From NCBI GenBank assembly GCA_963782915.1, contig CAWALK010000015.1, positions 160,001 to 224,000 on the forward strand: a stretch of 64,000 bases of DNA. Reading direction: 5' to 3'. Source of the stretch: an uncultured archaeon (GTDB lineage: Archaea; Thermoproteota; Bathyarchaeia; Bathyarchaeales; Bathycorpusculaceae). The stretch's first letter is position 1; every line of letters starts with the position of its first letter. The translations under genes were made by a program, and so were the position numbers. The notes under the pieces were generated by a model that worked only from the letters and a program-made list of their open reading frames with translations, had not been told where the DNA came from and did no database searches. Below, piece by piece: positions 62,124-64,000 of this stretch.

Positions 62124-62690
62124 ATGAGTAAACGAAAACCCATCATTAACATACAAAACATTGTCGCTTCAGTTTCTCTTAACCAGAAAATCGACTTACA
62201 AAAAATCGTCGAGAAATTCCCACAGACCGAATACAACCCATCCGTATTCCCGGGCTTGGTTTTCCGCTTAAAAAAACCAAAAACCGCAACCTTGATTTTC
62301 GGCACGGGCAAAATGGTCTGCACAGGCGCAAAATCCGAAAAGGAATCACGTAGCGCAGTAGAGAAAGTTGTGAAGGAACTCCGCGGTGAAGGCATCCAAA
62401 TTACTGAGAAACCAATCGTTAACATTCAAAACATCGTTGCTTCAGCTGAACTCGGCGGAGAAATTGACCTTGAAAGCTTAGTTTACAAGCTTGAACGCGT
62501 CATGTATGAACCTGAACAGTTTCCAGGCGCAGTCTTCCGCATGGCTGAACCCAAAGTGGTCTTCTTAATCTTCAGTGCTGGCAAACTGGTTTGTGTTGGC
62601 GCAAAGAAAGAAGAGCAAGTCTACGAAGCAGTGGATAAGATTCAGCAGTTGCTCGAAGAAAAAGAACTCATCTACTATCCCACAGCATAA
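62124..62690 (+). CDS. tbp: TATA-box-binding protein
   Basis: Two direct repeats IQNIVAS...Y.P..FPG.VFR...PK...LIF..GK.VC.GAK. Confidence 0.97.
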   Translation: MSKRKPIINIQNIVASVSLNQKIDLQKIVEKFPQTEYNPSVFPGLVFRLKKPKTATLIFGTGKMVCTGAKSEKESRSAVEKVVKELRGEGIQITEKPIVNIQNIVASAELGGEIDLESLVYKLERVMYEPEQFPGAVFRMAEPKVVFLIFSAGKLVCVGAKKEEQVYEAVDKIQQLLEEKELIYYPTA

Positions 62691-62844
62691 ACCTTTTTTA
62701 TTCCTCCAACACAGCCCCCGAATGGCTGTTTGTTGGAAAAACATTTTTGTTTATAATTAATAGTTAGTGTTCCAAATGTGGAACGTAGTGTTCCTTGTGT
62801 AGAACTAAAAGAAGCAATAGTCTACTCAATTTATGGTTCAGTAC

Positions 62845-64000
62845 ATGAAAAAAGCTATCCTCTACGCAATCATCGGCACATTACTAATCTCTATGGCTTC
62901 AGTGAGCTTTCTTGGTGCTAAAGCACTAAACGCACCAAACGAAAATGTCTGGATAGCAAAAGCCCAAATGCATATTGCAAGAGGCGATTTAGGCGTCGCC
63001 AGCGCCAATGGCAAAATGTATGCCCTAGGCGGAATAACAAAACCTCCCCAAATCGACTTAACCGCACACACAACTCTACCCACATTTACCGCAGCGGAGT
63101 TTACCGATAGAAACGAAGAATATGACCCCAAAACCAACGCTTGGACATTCAAAGCGGACATGCCAATTGCAAGATCAAATTTTGCCACAGCAGTAATCGA
63201 CGGAAAAATCTACTGCATTGGAGGCACTGGCATCAACTCTATGGTTACAGTTACGGATGTCTATAACCCAGCCAATGACACTTGGGAAACCAAAGCATCG
63301 CTACCAGAAATCGTATCCCGCATACAAGCAAATGTGATAGATGGAAAAATCTATTTGATAAGCGATAGGACAAATTATGTTTATGATCCAGCAGTTAACA
63401 ATTGGAGAGCATTTGAGTCGATGCCAACTAGACCTAACGGTTCCTATTGTTCCTGTTCATTTGGCGATAAACTCTATGTTTTGGCTTCGCCCTTCATACA
63501 AATCTATGATCCCACTTATGGCAACTGGACAAGGGGTACACAGATTCCGATTAAGTTAACTCAGCCAATCGCAGTTGCAGCTTGTGGTGTTGATGCGCCA
63601 AGTCGGATTTACATTTTCGACGGAACAATAGTTGCAGCCTATGATCCCCAAACTACGGTTTGGGAAGCAGGCGCCAATTTACCGCCAACACAAACAACAA
63701 TGGATTATACCATAAAAGAAGTTACAAACCAAGGACATTACGATGTTTCAGTGCTAAACGATGTAATCTATGTAGTCGGCGGCCAAGACGCAAGTTACCT
63801 TCAACTTGCCATTAATCAGCAATATACACCATTTGGTTATGGCACCGTTTCACCGCAAATCAGTGTTATTTCGCCAAATGCAATGAATTATTCCACAAAC
63901 AACGTTACATTATCATTTATGGTCAACAAACCAGTAAATTCAACCATACTCCAACTAGACACACAAAACCAAACAGTAACGGGAAACTGCACATTAACCA
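62845..64000 (+). CDS. secreted Kelch-repeat protein, truncated by window end
   Basis: MKKAILYAIIG signal peptide, repeats GKMYALGG, EEYDPKTNAW and GKIYCIGG. No stop seen before 64000. Confidence 0.85.
   Translation, partial: MKKAILYAIIGTLLISMASVSFLGAKALNAPNENVWIAKAQMHIARGDLGVASANGKMYALGGITKPPQIDLTAHTTLPTFTAAEFTDRNEEYDPKTNAWTFKADMPIARSNFATAVIDGKIYCIGGTGINSMVTVTDVYNPANDTWETKASLPEIVSRIQANVIDGKIYLISDRTNYVYDPAVNNWRAFESMPTRPNGSYCSCSFGDKLYVLASPFIQIYDPTYGNWTRGTQIPIKLTQPIAVAACGVDAPSRIYIFDGTIVAAYDPQTTVWEAGANLPPTQTTMDYTIKEVTNQGHYDVSVLNDVIYVVGGQDASYLQLAINQQYTPFGYGTVSPQISVISPNAMNYSTNNVTLSFMVNKPVNSTILQLDTQNQTVTGNCTLT

Overview
Archaeal chromosomal window, most likely Bathyarchaeia (TACK). The assignment is an inference from TBP, TFS, ribosomal protein eL38, a Cren7-like zinc-ribbon protein, a methanofuran cluster (mfnB-A-D-F-E), many PAS kinases and surface proteins. 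Non-coding RNAs are tRNA-Val(CAC), tRNA-Phe(GAA) and RNase P RNA. At least ten genes are split by small frameshifts, which most likely reflects long-read indel errors rather than real pseudogenes. No transposase, integrase or cas gene was seen. The most unusual signal lies in the long ORF-free intergenic regions, which share conserved motifs. (i) A modular element with fixed order: promoter-like box, 200-410 nt variable core, 43-bp box, about 40 nt, second box. It has 3 clear copies and 1 degenerate copy. (ii) A dispersed ~30-bp motif GTATACAAAAGCATCNCCNAANACAC in 8-9 copies on both strands. (iii) A TATA+G-tract motif in 5 copies. (iv) A separate ~180-bp CCACA/TGTGG-rich element in 2 inverted copies. 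All alignments were made by eye and none of these motifs has been searched against databases.
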